64,000 bases of DNA from Rhodosorus marinus CCMP1338 (lineage: Eukaryota > Plantae > Rhodophyta). Positions 25,050 to 37,973 of the stretch are shown in pieces. The notes below the pieces were generated by a model that saw only the letters and a list, made by a program, of their open reading frames with translations, had not been told where the DNA came from and made no database searches. The stretch is from the NCBI GenBank assembly GCA_029953675.1, contig JAMWBK010000007.1, positions 744,001 to 808,000 of the forward strand, written 5' to 3'. Position 1 is the stretch's first letter. The number at the start of each line of letters is the position of its first letter. Made by a program: the position numbers and the translations under genes.

Positions 25050-26006
25050 ATCGTTTCCGAGATTTTGCACGCATGTACTCTATGAGTTTCGATGGAAGTA
25101 TATTGAGAAGATGATTGCCTCTTGCGAGAAGCACAATTCAAACCACAATAAAGAACTTCCCTTTTCCGCGGAAACAATTGACTCCTCCTGCTCAAAGATC
25201 ATTCTAAATAGAGTTGGAGAACCCGGAAGGGTTACTCCGACACGTTCTTAGTAGACCACCACCACTTCTTTAACCACCTGCTATCAACGCGAACTCCGAA
25301 AAGAATGGTTCTCAACCCTTTCGCCGCTCGGTTTATAAACCATGCTCTCCTCCCGAATAAAGTCCCTAGTCTATTCCAGTGAAACCACCCCCCAACAGCT
25401 CACTGCTAGAGTAAGGACTGGACAGATTGGAGTATGAAAAGAGGCGGAAGATGATAGGTACAATTCTGTAGATTCTGCAGAACAACTACCTTGAGATGAG
25501 GTTGCCATTTTGTTGGAACTGGATGTTCTTTCAGAGCTATAGAGACCCATGGAGGCACATACACCGGACGCAGAGAGTCTGCGAGTTGGGGCCGAACAAG
25601 GCGGTTGCAAGGCTCAGGGAGAAAGAAGACAAAGACTATGTAGGCGGAATCATGTACCAAATATATATTACCTGGACAATGAAAATAAGAGTTTTGTATC
25701 CGTGACAATAACCATGAATTGCAAGGGCTCGGGTGTAGTTGGTCTTGCTACTGGGTCGAAAAACTCCAGGGCAAGACCCCGAGTTCGGAAACCCCGAGAC
25801 AAAAGTTCCAAACACAATTTCCTGTCAGTCTTGAGCTGAGTTGATAGGGAGGGTGAGGTATGTGATGGGCGGTGGAAAACTGGTTTGTGCTTATGTGGGA
25901 AGAGTCAAGTTCTTTATTTTCGAGCGCGTGGCTCTCGCAGGAGGTAGTCGTCTAACTGACAGATATTTCCGGGGCTCTTTGATAGAGGGATGTGAACTCA
26001 GACCAG

Positions 26007-26692
26007 TTACTTGAACACTCGAACACGAGTGATCTAAACGGTTCCGACCCGAATTCCGTCGAATCGAGTTGCCAGGATTGAGACAATCGGCTCCCTCGGG
26101 TTCTGGTTCTTGTTGGCAGATAAGAAGTCAGCCCCCTTGTCCGTTCCGGCGTCCCACACGCTCAAGTTCCTCTCGTACTCCCTCACCTACTTGTCGTCAA
26201 CACACATGTTAGCGTCATCGAATCCAGTGAACCAGTCCGGGCTCGGTGCAGCCATGGAGATGGCAGAGGCGTAGGTGCGAGTGTAGTCTAGCTTGATGAG
26301 TAGGGTAACCTTTTGACATCCGTCCTCGGTGGGTTCGTCGGAATACACAAAGTCGAAGACGTTGCGGCCCTTCTGCTGGTTCAGCTCGGACAGGAGGGTG
26401 TTGATCTTGACTCTCTCGGATATTGACTCTACTCCCCTTGTGGAGTATGCGTACGGGGTCCACAAGTGGTATCCGTTTCCATGGGAAGCAACAACTGTCT
26501 GGGAGAAGTGTCCATCCTCCGGGTATGCGTCTGGGTGGGTAGCACCGGTCCACAAGTATTCGAACACCACCTTGTACAGGGCTGACCCGGTACACTTCTT
26601 TGACGTCCTCTCAGCGTCGTTGATGGCAACATCAAATCCCATGGCGCAGACCGCGAGGACTGCGGCGGCCAAATCACAATCTTGGAAACCAT
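26007..26692 (-). pseudogene. Spondin_N type B pseudogene (B4)
   Basis: 1-nt deletion at codon 7-8 (MVSKIVIW...) and TGG to TAG at 26187-26189. 686 nt against 687 nt in intact copies. Confidence 0.9.
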
Positions 26693-27689
26693 TCTCTTGT
26701 ATGTGCCTGTAACTCCTTGTCTATTAGCTCGTTGTACTGCTCTGCTCTGCTCTGCTCTGTTTGTTGTCTTGCTCCAAAGAAAATATCAAACTTGCCGAGT
26801 GTCGACCAGCTTTTATAACCTGTGATCGGATCGTCCGAAGCCAAGTCGACACGGGTTGAGCTGCACACTATGTTGACGGCGTTAACCGGACGAATATCTG
26901 GTGAGTCGATCAGTGGCCTCGAGCTGTCGAAACTAAATATAACACGGATATGAACATCTGCCTCCTTACGCTCAGCGATTTGACCCAAGTGATAGATTGG
27001 ATCGTCATCCTGTCTAAAACATAATCAGAAAACATATTCACAGAATGTACAATGTCTCGCCGCAGATGTCTCGGAAAGTAGTATCCTACGCTACTGTGCC
27101 TGTTCTATATGAAAAGGTCCAAACCCTATACGAAGCCTTACACCCCATCCATTGGTGAAAATCGACCCTCTAGTAAACTATGCTAATAAAGGCAGTAAAC
27201 TGAGCCAGCTGACTAAGCTTACAGTTCCAAAGCCAACATTCAATATGGATCAACTCGATGAACGGCGATCAACACATGCGTTCATGGACTGCAATCGACG
27301 TTTTCTTCTATCCTAGCGCCAGGAATTGAACACGAACTATTCCTCGGCGTTCCGCAGTTTACCGCGACTGAGCAGCTGAAATGAAGCAGCTAGGGCGAGG
27401 TCTTTAGTTTCGTTATCTACTTTCCCAAGCCAGCTTAGTCATCCTCAATCCTGTTGACATAGCCTCTCTCCATTGCTTTCTCCAAGGAGAGACTAGGTCA
27501 CTCAAAAAAAAGAAAAAACAAACAAAAAAAAACTGCCTTACCTTCCGTGGTTTCAAAAAACAGCCGAGAACGTTGGCAAAAGGGTAGCCCAGTGTTCTCA
27601 TATATTTTTCAGTACAAAACAAACGTTTTGAGTGTTAATAAACAACTTGCTTGCGGCGTTGCTTGGAATCATCAATTTATGGGTTTTTA

Positions 27690-28249
27690 CTATTCTACTG
27701 GCTTTATTTTACTGGTTTTATAAGCATAGCCTAAAGCGCTACGCAAACTGTGAAAAGCAACTAAGAACTAGGTAGGGAAGCGTCCAAACCCAGGTGCCGA
27801 TGGCGCGCCTCGGGCAAGCATGCTGCTCGAACATCGCCACAGAGAGACACTTAAACGCCGAAAAGTTCCAAGTATTCAACAACAGTCCATTCAACAGGAT
27901 GCTCAGTGAAACATTTCCGCAACCATTCCAAACCCGACTTCTCCACGTGACTAAAGCTTTCCACAATGAAAGGCTGGAACCGGTGGGAGCGATCCTCAGC
28001 GCGAGGCAGACTGGCCATACTCTCAGCATACCGTCGTTCCTTCACGCGGCGAAGGGCCGAAGCAGCTGCTCCCCGGCGGGGGGCGGCAGCCGTGAGATGG
28101 GCGCTTGCCACAGGGCATGTAATCGCGAGGTCAACATATGTTGAGCGTCTGGCGGCAGCATCGGAGACGAGGAGATCTGCGATACAGCGGGGCGGTGCCC
28201 TATCCGAGACCGATCTGGGTAGTTCCGATTCCAGCTCAACCGTATGCCC
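27690..28249 (-). mobile_element. 5'-truncated CRE-like non-LTR retrotransposon
   Basis: Endonuclease-region text (AYVDLAITCPVASAHL, HRFQPFIVESF, GLEWLRKCF) followed by the 3' UTR and a short-repeat tail. Confidence 0.85.
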
Positions 28250-28532
28250 CTCTTTTTTTTGGCTTTATTAGCATAGCCTAAAGCGCTACGCAAACCGTAA
28301 AAAGCAACTAAAAACTAGGTAGGGAAGCGTGCAAACCCAGGTGCCGCTGGCGCGCCTCGGCAAGCATGCTGCTCGAATATCGCCACAGAGAGACCCTTAA
28401 ACGCCGCAAAAGTTCCAAGTATTCAACAGGATGCTCAGTGAAACATTTCTGCAACCACTCCAAACCCGACTTCTCCACGTGACCAAAGCTTTCCACAATG
28501 ACAGGCTGGAACCGGTGGGAGCGACCCAGCAT
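28250..28532 (-). mobile_element. Second 5'-truncated CRE-like copy, head-to-tail with the first
   Basis: RSHRFQPVIVESFGHVEKSGLEWLQKCF...LGLHASLPSF, then the 3' UTR tttgcgtagcgctttaggctatgctaataaagcc. Confidence 0.85.
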
Positions 28533-28912
28533 AGGAATGCCCTCACAGTCCCCTCGCTAGGTCAACACGAAGCAGGAATATCTGGAATGGGCAAAGGACG
28601 CGCGTCCTTGGTTTCATTCGCAGCCTCATAGTAGCAAGGATCAGAGCCGATCGAGACCCTCAGCGAACGATTTTCGAAGTCCACAGCAGACAACCACAGT
28701 GGCAGTTTCAACTCTGAGACGGCTCCTGAACGAAAAAGTGGGACAAATGTTGATTATTTCACATCCTAATCAAAATAGTAAAAGAAAATAGATGGTTTTC
28801 TTTAACTTTGGCTGACAAAAGATTCCTCATTAAACTTTAATGGAAAATATGAACTCTCCCCTCGATCAGGGGCCCCTTGATTTTTGGTTGAAAAAGTTGT
28901 TTCGACGCGCAT

Positions 28913-28986
28913 TCAATCCTGGCAACTCGATTCGCGGAATTCGGGTCGGAACCGTAAAGATCAAGCGTGTTCGAGTTTTCAACTAA
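28913..28986 (+). pseudogene. 3' stub of type B spondin gene (B5)
   Basis: SILATRF/GIRVGTVKIKRVRVFN* followed by the B 3' flank. Fused to the middle of spacer Y. Confidence 0.85.
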
Positions 28987-30110
28987 CTGGTCTATAAGGT
29001 TTAACATCTCTCCATCTGAAAGTCCCGGGGATATTTGTTAGTTTGTGGACTACCTCCTGTGGTGAGGCACGCGCTCGAAAATTAAAAATTGAATCTTCCC
29101 TACATAAGCACAAACGAGTTTACGAACTCTCGGCGCTCGCATGCGTCATCCCTCTTACCCCCCGACAGACGAGCTACTATCGAGCTCCCCATTGAATTGT
29201 CTGCGATCGCGTTCCAATCGTTCACTCCACAATAGGGCGAAATCCATGCTCGAAAACAGACTTTCGGAAAACCAATTTCCAAGGGAAACCGTCACAAGGA
29301 AAAGGCGAAGCAACCTGAAGTTGGCTCCTTTGATTAAAGCCGGGAAAAGCCAACACATACGTAGAAACAAGACCGCATAATGAGGCTCAAAAGAGAGAAG
29401 AAAGAGCCAGCTGCTCTAAACTGAATGGACAGACTCGAAATCACAAGAAAACAATTCCAATTTCGACCATTTTCCATCAAACCCCCGCCTACCTCACCAT
29501 CAACTTTCTCATCAAAAAGTGCCACCAGCCCACGCCCTCAATTTGCTCTAATCGCTCAAAACCACGATACCGTCGAAAACGCAAGAAAAAACATGCTTGA
29601 AGTTGTATTTCCTTTCAGTAGCTTTTTTCGGTACTGTCAGGCAACCGCCAATAGCTTGACGCCTTTATCCACGTCCGTAGAAAATCCTCTTCCTTCACCA
29701 TGACATGAGCCAATTAATAAACAAAACAATTTCTGAACTTCACTTTCAACCAGTCAAAACTGTTCAAGGGAAAACTATTTTCAAATAAATTCAAAGCATC
29801 TCGATATTGGGAAACAATCTAAAAAAACTCCATTCCAAGAAATAGTTTCGTTCTACCCCCTACCTCCGCGATATTAAAAAAACAGATGCTATAGTATTGG
29901 GTGACCAGTCATAGCTTTTTTTTGGTTTTGTTGTGGTACCCCTCAAACCGCAGGTCGTAGACAATCTGCAGTAAGAGAAAAAACTCCCAAATACACCATT
30001 TGTTTGATCTGTTTATTTCTAGCTTTCTTGAAAACCTCTTTCTCCAAATCACGCCCAAAAATCTTTGTTTAGAGAATATCTGAGAAGTAAATTGACACAA
30101 GTATCATTAT

Positions 30111-31892
30111 TAGGGTTGTCAAGTGCCGTCCGACCAACGTTTATCGGAATGGTACCGATATTTTTTGAAGTGGATAGACTATTGCAAAACAGTATGAAAC
30201 GAAGGGGTTACCGCCGATTTAAATTCTTCGAAAAACAGGTCCGACTTACACTCCGATAAACAGCGCTGCTAAATCGTTGATATTCAATCAACGATAGTCT
30301 CATAATCAATCATCTTCTGTCCAAATATTGAATCATGATTACTTCTTGGCATGGCTCATATGTCATGAATCATCATTACTTCTCTGTCCGACTAGCTGCC
30401 ACTGCTATCTAATGAATCATGATTATTGCAGGACTCGACAGCCTGTCGAACATTGGTTGAAGATTGCTAAGGTGGCAAGGACTTGGAGAGAACACTCGCA
30501 TTCCGATGGGAGTTTTCTCGTGTCCTCTGGTAGCGTGAGTATTTTGGGGATCGACCGTATGGTTGGTCGCGTTTCAGTGCTTTTTTGGGTTAACCCAGTG
30601 GCGGAGTTCAACCGCCGTTATTCTCGAGGCGAGTTCTTTGTCCCGCTCGTATTCCTTAACCCCTGGGGGACTTGCTCTCGGAGCAAGCCAACTGGACTGG
30701 TTCTTCGAGTCTCATGACCAGGAGCTTCAGTAGTTCGGTAACCATGAGTTCTGCCCGCATCGCAGACATGGCATTTTGTCGCCCGCTCTCATCTATGAAA
30801 TCCCCAAACCCCTCCCAGACCACACTCTTCTTCTTCCCCATCTTTTACTACTAGGAATTTCAACTACAGTTCCCGAACGAAGGCTTCCCCTGCCTCCCTA
30901 GTGCTCGTAAAACCATCCTAGTAGACCTCAGGAAATAGTAGGACCCCTATGTCCTCGGAATTTGCTAGCCTTTGTAAGTGGATTATCAACCGCAAGTCCT
31001 TGGAATCTGCTAACCCTTGTATGTTGATTGGTACCGTTGGAAATGCAGGCAGCAAATGATCACATCGTTTATTCATCAACGGAAAAACCACCTTAGGGCA
31101 ACAAACCTCGCAAAACCCACCTTTACTATCCCATCGAAAAAGGTAAGAAGTCCTCGCATGTTGATGAAAATCAAACCTTAGTAGAGACAGCAAACTCTGA
31201 GAAAGAAGAAATCCGAGATAAAGGTAGGCGGGAGGGGCGGACCTCCACAAAGAGGAGCAACAATGCTGTCCCAGATAACAAACCCTGAGCTCCTCCAGCA
31301 ACTTCAGTAGCCCCGCTGGTTCGAGAAGACTTCCTTCATTCACACAGCGGCGTAACCAAAACGATTTCCTAAACAGGCGATGAGAAAAGAAGAGGCCATC
31401 AGCCCAGGTGGGGTCGGCAGGCACTGAAGCCCTTGGATACTCCGCAGGAGATAATCCTTCTTGGCACTAGCTCATACTCTCACGCCCTATCACAAGATAG
31501 TTGGCCACCGCTTTATCTCCTCTTTCTACCCCTTGCCCTATTCCTTCCGCGACGGCTACTAGGACGTTCCAATATGTTCTGAGCAGGTCAACAGCCTGCT
31601 GCTTTTTGCAGGTGACTAGCAAGGAAAGGACCCAAAGCCAGGGCACGACCATGCACCGAAAAAAAAGCATTGAAAACTATCGGACGGCAATCGGTCGTTA
31701 TCAGACCATTTATCGGACGAAGCTTATTTTTTATTTTATATTCAGGTCCGCTAAACTCGTATCGGACGGGGTTCAACAGAATACACTCACTATTATTACT
31801 TAATACAGATCTGATAAACGGTTATCGGACCGTCCGATATTTATCGGCGGACGCAATCAAACGTTTTTTTATCGGACGGAGATTACAACCCT
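30111..31892. mobile_element. Non-autonomous/deleted hAT-type DNA transposon (1.78 kb)
   Basis: TIRs tagggttgtcaagtgccgtccga / tcggacggagattacaaccct(a) and 8-bp TSD atcattat / atcaatat. Many subterminal TATCGGAC repeats. Possible BED-finger relic (SVVWEGF...CxxC) on the minus strand at ~30750-30830. Confidence 0.85.
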
Positions 31893-32692
31893 ATCAATAT
31901 TAAGAAAAAGACTTCCAATATGTTCGTAGATTATAAGCGTAGGCCTTCGTGATATCGTTAATTTAAGATATTCGAGGTGTCAGCCGGTTGAGGACAGCCT
32001 GTCTGCTACTTTTGGACTTGGAAATCTCGCTATTCGCATTGGGGCCAACGACAGCTATTATTTTTCATTATGAAAGCGATTGGTTTTCTCTCTATGAGGA
32101 GAAAACGACCATATTCATGTTTTCTGTGGCGGAAGCGATGGATGCTGTTGACTACGAGCTGAGCTCTGCGCAGGTCAACTTCTCAGTAGAAAGAGCTTTC
32201 GTTAGTTCATGTCACATATTTCGCATATCTTCATCTGCTGCCGCTGAGGTGAAGTATGACTGAAAGGAAGCTTTCTCAGAGTTCACGTCCATCTGGTGAA
32301 AGCCTTTGTACGTTCTGATGTCATCTTTAGTGAGATGACCATCTGGAGTGAGCGGGGCAACTAAACGATGACGTATGCTGCATGTTTTTGTTTGAGTCTG
32401 TTCGGAATGACGTCGAGTTTGGAGAAAGTTGGTGCATTTTCGACCGTATGAAGCCACACTCGAAGTTGGCGCAAAGTTTGGGGCTAATGTCTTCTTATGA
32501 GAGCTCAAGACCGATCTCTGAATGCTACGTCGACTAAACATCGAGGCGACTCCAAAGTCGATCGAAAGAGTATAAAGGGTGACCTTGGACCCGTCAATTT
32601 GGATCATGTCATCAGGCAGACACCAAAGACAACAGCAGAACAGACCAGTGCATCGAGCTAAGAGATAAGAACTAAGGAATACATACTAGAAA

Positions 32693-33379
32693 ATGGTTTC
32701 TAAGATTGTGATTTTGCTTGCCGCAGCCTTCGCGGTTTGCGCCATGGGATCTGACGTTGCGATCAACGACGCAGAGAGGGTGTCGAAGAAGTGCAGCGGG
32801 AAGGCCATCTATTTGGTTCAGATCGACTATTTGTGGACCGGTGCTACCCACCCCTTCGCCTACCCGGATAACGGGTACTTCTCGCCTACAACGGTTGCGT
32901 CCCACGGAAACGGTTTCCACCTGTGGACTCCTCACGGCTACTCGACCAAGGGTGTTGAGACCGTCGCCGAGCGAGGCAGGTTGAACTTCCTTCTGGCTGA
33001 GTTGGCCGCGCAGAAGGGCCGCAATGTGTTCGACTTCGTTTACACCGAGGAACGCACTGAGGACGGATCTGAGACTGTGAAGCTGTTGATCAAGCTTGAC
33101 TACACGCGCACCTACGTTTCTGGCATCTCCATGCTGACACCGAGCCCGGACTGGTTCACTGGATTCGATGATGCCAACCTGTGTGTTGACGGGGAGTGGA
33201 TTAAGAACTACGAGAGGAACCTAAGTGTCTGGGACGCGGGAACGGACAAGGGAGAAGACTTTGAGTCACCGAACAGGAACCAGTTCCCAAGGAGGCCGAT
33301 TGTGTCAATTCTTGGATCTCGATTCAACTCGGTTCCTGTTGGAACCGTAAAGATCATCCGCAAGCGTGTCTTCAAGTAA
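32693..33379 (+). CDS. Spondin_N protein type A (A4)
   Basis: 228-aa ORF with the same motifs as A1. Confidence 0.9.
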   Translation: MVSKIVILLAAAFAVCAMGSDVAINDAERVSKKCSGKAIYLVQIDYLWTGATHPFAYPDNGYFSPTTVASHGNGFHLWTPHGYSTKGVETVAERGRLNFLLAELAAQKGRNVFDFVYTEERTEDGSETVKLLIKLDYTRTYVSGISMLTPSPDWFTGFDDANLCVDGEWIKNYERNLSVWDAGTDKGEDFESPNRNQFPRRPIVSILGSRFNSVPVGTVKIIRKRVFK

Positions 33380-34363
33380 ATCGTTTCCGAGATTTTGCAC
33401 GCATGTACTCTAGCAGTTTCGACGGAAGTCTATTGAGAACATGATTGGCTCTTGTTTGAGAAGCACAATTCAAACCACATTAAAGAACTGCCCCTTTTCC
33501 ACGGAAACACTTGGCTACTCCTGTGCAAAGATCATTCACAATAGAGTCGGAAAGCCAGGAAGAGTTCTTTCGACGCAAACTTAGTAAACCACTACCACTT
33601 CTGCAACCACCTGCTATCAACGCGAACTCCAAAAAGAACGTTTCGCAACCCACGAACAACCTCAGGACTGGACAAATTGGAGAAGGAAAAGATCTGGAAG
33701 ATGATAGATACAGTAGATTGTTCAGAACAACAACCTTGAAACCAGGGTGCAAAAGTTTTCGGAACTGGAAATGGTTTCGGAGCTATATAGACCCATGGAT
33801 GCGCATATACCGCTATCATGCTGCTGACAGCTAACCGGACAGTCCACGGGTCCGGGCCGAAGAAGGCGGCTGAACAGTCGATGAACTGGTACAGGATAGA
33901 AATATATTGTCCTATTGGTCTAGTAACTTTTTTTTGAATCAGGTAGACGCAGAAAGTGTTTTCTTCTCGATCATCGCAAACGATTGAGAGATTAAATATT
34001 GCTTTTCGAAATGTAGAGAAGAGATCGGATGGGCTGAGAGATGAAATACTACTCCTTCAACTGTAGAGAAGAGATCAGGTGAGAACAAGCTTTCAGCTGA
34101 ACCATGAAGTTGATATGCACTTGAAGCGTATGAGCAAATCACGAACCGAGGGTTGAACTGCTTCGATCCCCTTTTGTGTTAGTGTCGACCTGAGCTGCTA
34201 GGAAGGGTGAGGTATCTGAGGGACGGTCGAAAACTGGTTTCTGCTTAGGTGGGAAGATTCAGTTTTACTTAAAGTGCATGCCTCCAAATACAACAGGGGG
34301 CAGTCGAATAACTAACAGATATCCCCCGGCTCTCAGATGGAGAGATGTGAACGCATAGGCCAG

Positions 34364-35050
34364 TTAGTTGAAGACTCGAACACGCGTGATCTTCACGGTT
34401 CCGACCCTAATTCCGTCGAATCGAGTTGCCAGGATTGAAACAATCGGCTTCCTCGGGTTCTGGTTCTTGTTCGCAGATAAGAAGTCAGCCCCCTTGTCCG
34501 TTCCGGCGTCCCACACGCTCAGGTTCCTCTCGTACTCCCGCACCCACTTGCCATCAACACACATATTAGCGTCATCGAATCCAGTGAACCAGTCCGGGCT
34601 CGGTGCAGCCATGGAGATGGCAGACGCGTAGGTGCGAGTGTAGTCGAGTTTGATAAGCAGGGTAACCTTTTGAGATCCGTCCTCGGTGGGTTCTTCGGAA
34701 TACACAAAGTCGAAGACGTTGCGGCCCTTCTGCTGGTTCAGCTCGGACAGGAGGGTGTTGATCTTGCCTCTCTCGGCAATTTGCTCAACTCCCCTTGTCG
34801 AGTAGCCGTGAGGGGTCCACAGGTGGTATCCATTTCCGTGGGAAGCAACAACTGTCTGGGAGAAGTGTCCATCCTCCGGGTATGCGTCTGGGTGGGTCGC
34901 ACCGGTCCACAAGTAGTCGAACACCACCTTGTACAGGGCTGACCCGTTACACTTCTTTGACATCCTCTCAGCGTCGTTGATGGCAACATCAGATCCCATG
35001 GCGCAGACCGCGAGGATCGCGGCGGCGAAAATCACAATCTTGGAAACCAT
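34364..35050 (-). CDS. Spondin_N protein type B (B6)
   Basis: 228-aa ORF. Inverted partner of B7. Confidence 0.9.
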   Translation of the reverse strand: MVSKIVIFAAAILAVCAMGSDVAINDAERMSKKCNGSALYKVVFDYLWTGATHPDAYPEDGHFSQTVVASHGNGYHLWTPHGYSTRGVEQIAERGKINTLLSELNQQKGRNVFDFVYSEEPTEDGSQKVTLLIKLDYTRTYASAISMAAPSPDWFTGFDDANMCVDGKWVREYERNLSVWDAGTDKGADFLSANKNQNPRKPIVSILATRFDGIRVGTVKITRVRVFN

Positions 35051-37310
35051 TCTCTTGTATATGTCTGTAACTCCTTGTTTATTAGCTCGTTGTACTGCTC
35101 TGCTCTGCTCTGCTCTGTTTGTTGTCTTGCTCCAAAGAAAATATCAAACTTGCCGGGAGTCAGTCAGGGGCTTTTATAACCTGTGATCGGAGTGGTACTT
35201 CCGAATCGACGTTGAGACAATCGGGCTGCAGACTGTGTTGACGGCGGTGGCCGGCGAATATCTGGTGAGTCGAGCATTGACCTCGATCTGTCGAAACTGA
35301 ATATAGCAACAACATGAACATCGGCCTCCTACGCTTCGCGCTTTGACCAAGTGATAGAATGGATCATCATCCTGTTTAACCACAGTCAGGAAAATTATTC
35401 AAAGCAGGTTACGCTGTCTAGCCCCAGAGGTCTCGGAATAGTAGCCTAGGCGGCTATGTTTCTTTCTATCTCAAAAGATCTGCCGACGTTGCCAAGTCTT
35501 ACACTCAACCCGTGAGACAAAAACGACGAACCACCAGTGAACTTAGGCAGCTGACTAAACTTGCGGAGTCCCAAGCCAACGTTCAATATGGCTCAACTCG
35601 ATGTACGGCGATTAAACACATTCGTTCATGCACTGCGATTGACGTTTTCTTCTATCCTATCGACGGGAATTGCCCACAAACTATTCCCTGAGTTACCCAG
35701 TTTACCGAGCTTGAGCAGGGAAAGGAAGGAAAATAAGCCAGGCTCTTTAGGTCATTATCTACTTTCATAAGCCAGTACGGTCGTCCTCAATCCCAATGAC
35801 ATCGCCTCTTTCTGATTTCTTTCTCCAACGAGAAATTAGGTCACTCAAAAAATCAGAAAACAAACTCGCTTGCTTGCGTACGGCCTTCTATTGGAGTATG
35901 GGAAATGCTGGTTCAGGAGTTGCTGAAGGAGAATCTGGGGGGGAAAAAAGGAGCGCTTACTGACCGCGCACATCCTGTCCCTCCAATGTGAAACAGCCAA
36001 TTTACAGCACAAACGTAAACTCGCTGAGCAAAATTCGAATAGAGCCTGTCGAGGCGGTCAGGGAACGATTCTCGAAGTCTACAACAACAAACAGTCCAAG
36101 ACTCGGAAACACACGACAACAAACAGGGCTATTCGAAAACCAAAGGTGAAGTTCAAATGCCTGGAAGGGACAACGACCTGCACGTCCTTGGTCTCATTAC
36201 GAAGCCCTATAGTAAAACCAAACAGCCATAGCGATAGTTTGAACGTCGGGGACGGCTGTTGGGAGAACGAAGACCAGAGTGGGACAAATCTTGGGACTTG
36301 TTTCACATCCCAATCAAACTTTTAAAAGAAAAAATGATGATTTACCTCAAGTTTGGTTTGCAAAAGCACCCTTCATTAAATTGTAATGGAAAATATAAAC
36401 TCTACTGGAGCCCTTCTGATTTTTTGTTGAAAATACTTTTTCGCAAGAGATATTAATGGGAGAAGTATTTTGATTCATATCTCTACAGCCCACATGATTG
36501 GTTATTACGATGACTGATTTTTATCTCACTATTCAAGTAATTGATACGGCATTTTATTGGTTAACATAAGACCATTTTGATTTGGGTTGAATACGGACAA
36601 GATGGTTGGTTGATGGGAAAACTATTTTGATTCAAGACAACAAGATCGACTCTCGGTCTAAAATCGAGAAAACTGAAGTTTGAGGGGTTGTTGGAATTGG
36701 GGCGGGAGGAGAAATGGAGGGGGTTTGGGATCAAACTGTGTCGAAAGTAGCTAGTGGAGATTGTGTGAGTTTGCACTCGAGAGGGCCAATTTTTTGTGCA
36801 ATGGGGGCCACTGGAGCGATTGAGGACAGGCATAGTTCAGATGAGCTGCGCTAAGTATACTCCTAGTACGCTCACGTGCTTTGCAGGGCGATCTGGACGT
36901 TGAGCTTTCAATTTTTTCTGTGTTGTGTACAGGTTCTTGTATTGGACGCTGGTACGAACGAAAGTGATCCGCTGTTTCATAATTGCAGTGTTCGCCCCAA
37001 TTCACAGAATGTTGTACGAGCTGATCATCTGGAGCGAGCGTGTTCAGGAGGACTGTTGAAGAGTCCTTACTAGATTCTCCCCTGCCATATGCCAAGCGCA
37101 CTTCCCTCGAGCCGGTGTTCTCTTAATTTCGCTCTCATCAGTAATTGCTTTACGAGCGTGCGGTCCCCGCTAGCTCGACGAGAACTGCCATACTCGGCTA
37201 GATCTTCCGGTTGTCGAAGTCTCCCAGCCGAAATTCGGAAGCGAACCCAATGTCGAGATGCTCTCGACGATCACAGTACTTTCATCCAGTGCCTCCCTAG
37301 TAAAAGCACC

Positions 37311-37390
37311 TGGGGTTGCATACTTCCCTCCCTAGTTATTAGTTCATCTTCACGCCTTGCGTAGCGCTTCAGGCAATGCTAGTAAAGTCC
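37311..37390 (+). mobile_element. 80-bp CRE-like 3' end with 12-bp target-site duplication
   Basis: AGTAAAAGCACC at 37299-37310 and 37391-37402 flanks ...cacgccttgcgtagcgcttcaggcaatgctagtaaagtcc. Confidence 0.8.
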
Positions 37391-37973
37391 AGTAAAAGCA
37401 CCATTAAACTGTTAATTCAATAGTGATCTTTCGGTTTCCTGTAAAAAAAATTAGGTTTTGATTAACAATCCCCCACCGTGCCAAAACGCAGTATTCACCC
37501 CAAAAAAACAAGTTGACACGCTGTCCTAGAGAAGCTCTCATGAATAATCGTTTTTACCACCGACTTTGTTTTGTTTAAAAAACCAACCGATAAAGCAAAA
37601 TCCTCCATCTTCCTATAGAAGGCGGCAAGTCAGATTTCTTAATAAAAACTCAAAGTGTTTGTTTTCCACGAAAACATTGGACACCTCGGTTGGGCCTAAT
37701 TTTTAGATTGTTTTTGGAGCGTGGAAGATGCTTCAGGTTTTTTTTTCTGATTTTTTGAGTTGATGGAATTTCTCCTCGGAGAAGGCGATGTGAATATGGG
37801 ATTGAGGATGGCTGAGTTTATGCCTTGAGGAAAGTACGTCCTTCCCTCCCGGTAAGCTGGCCACGTTCAGGGATAACTTTTAGGCAATTCCTGTTTGATA
37901 GGATAGAAGAACGTCAATCGCCGTTCATTGCGAGAGTGGCGCATTTGAATACTGGCTGGGCTTGCATGCTTTT

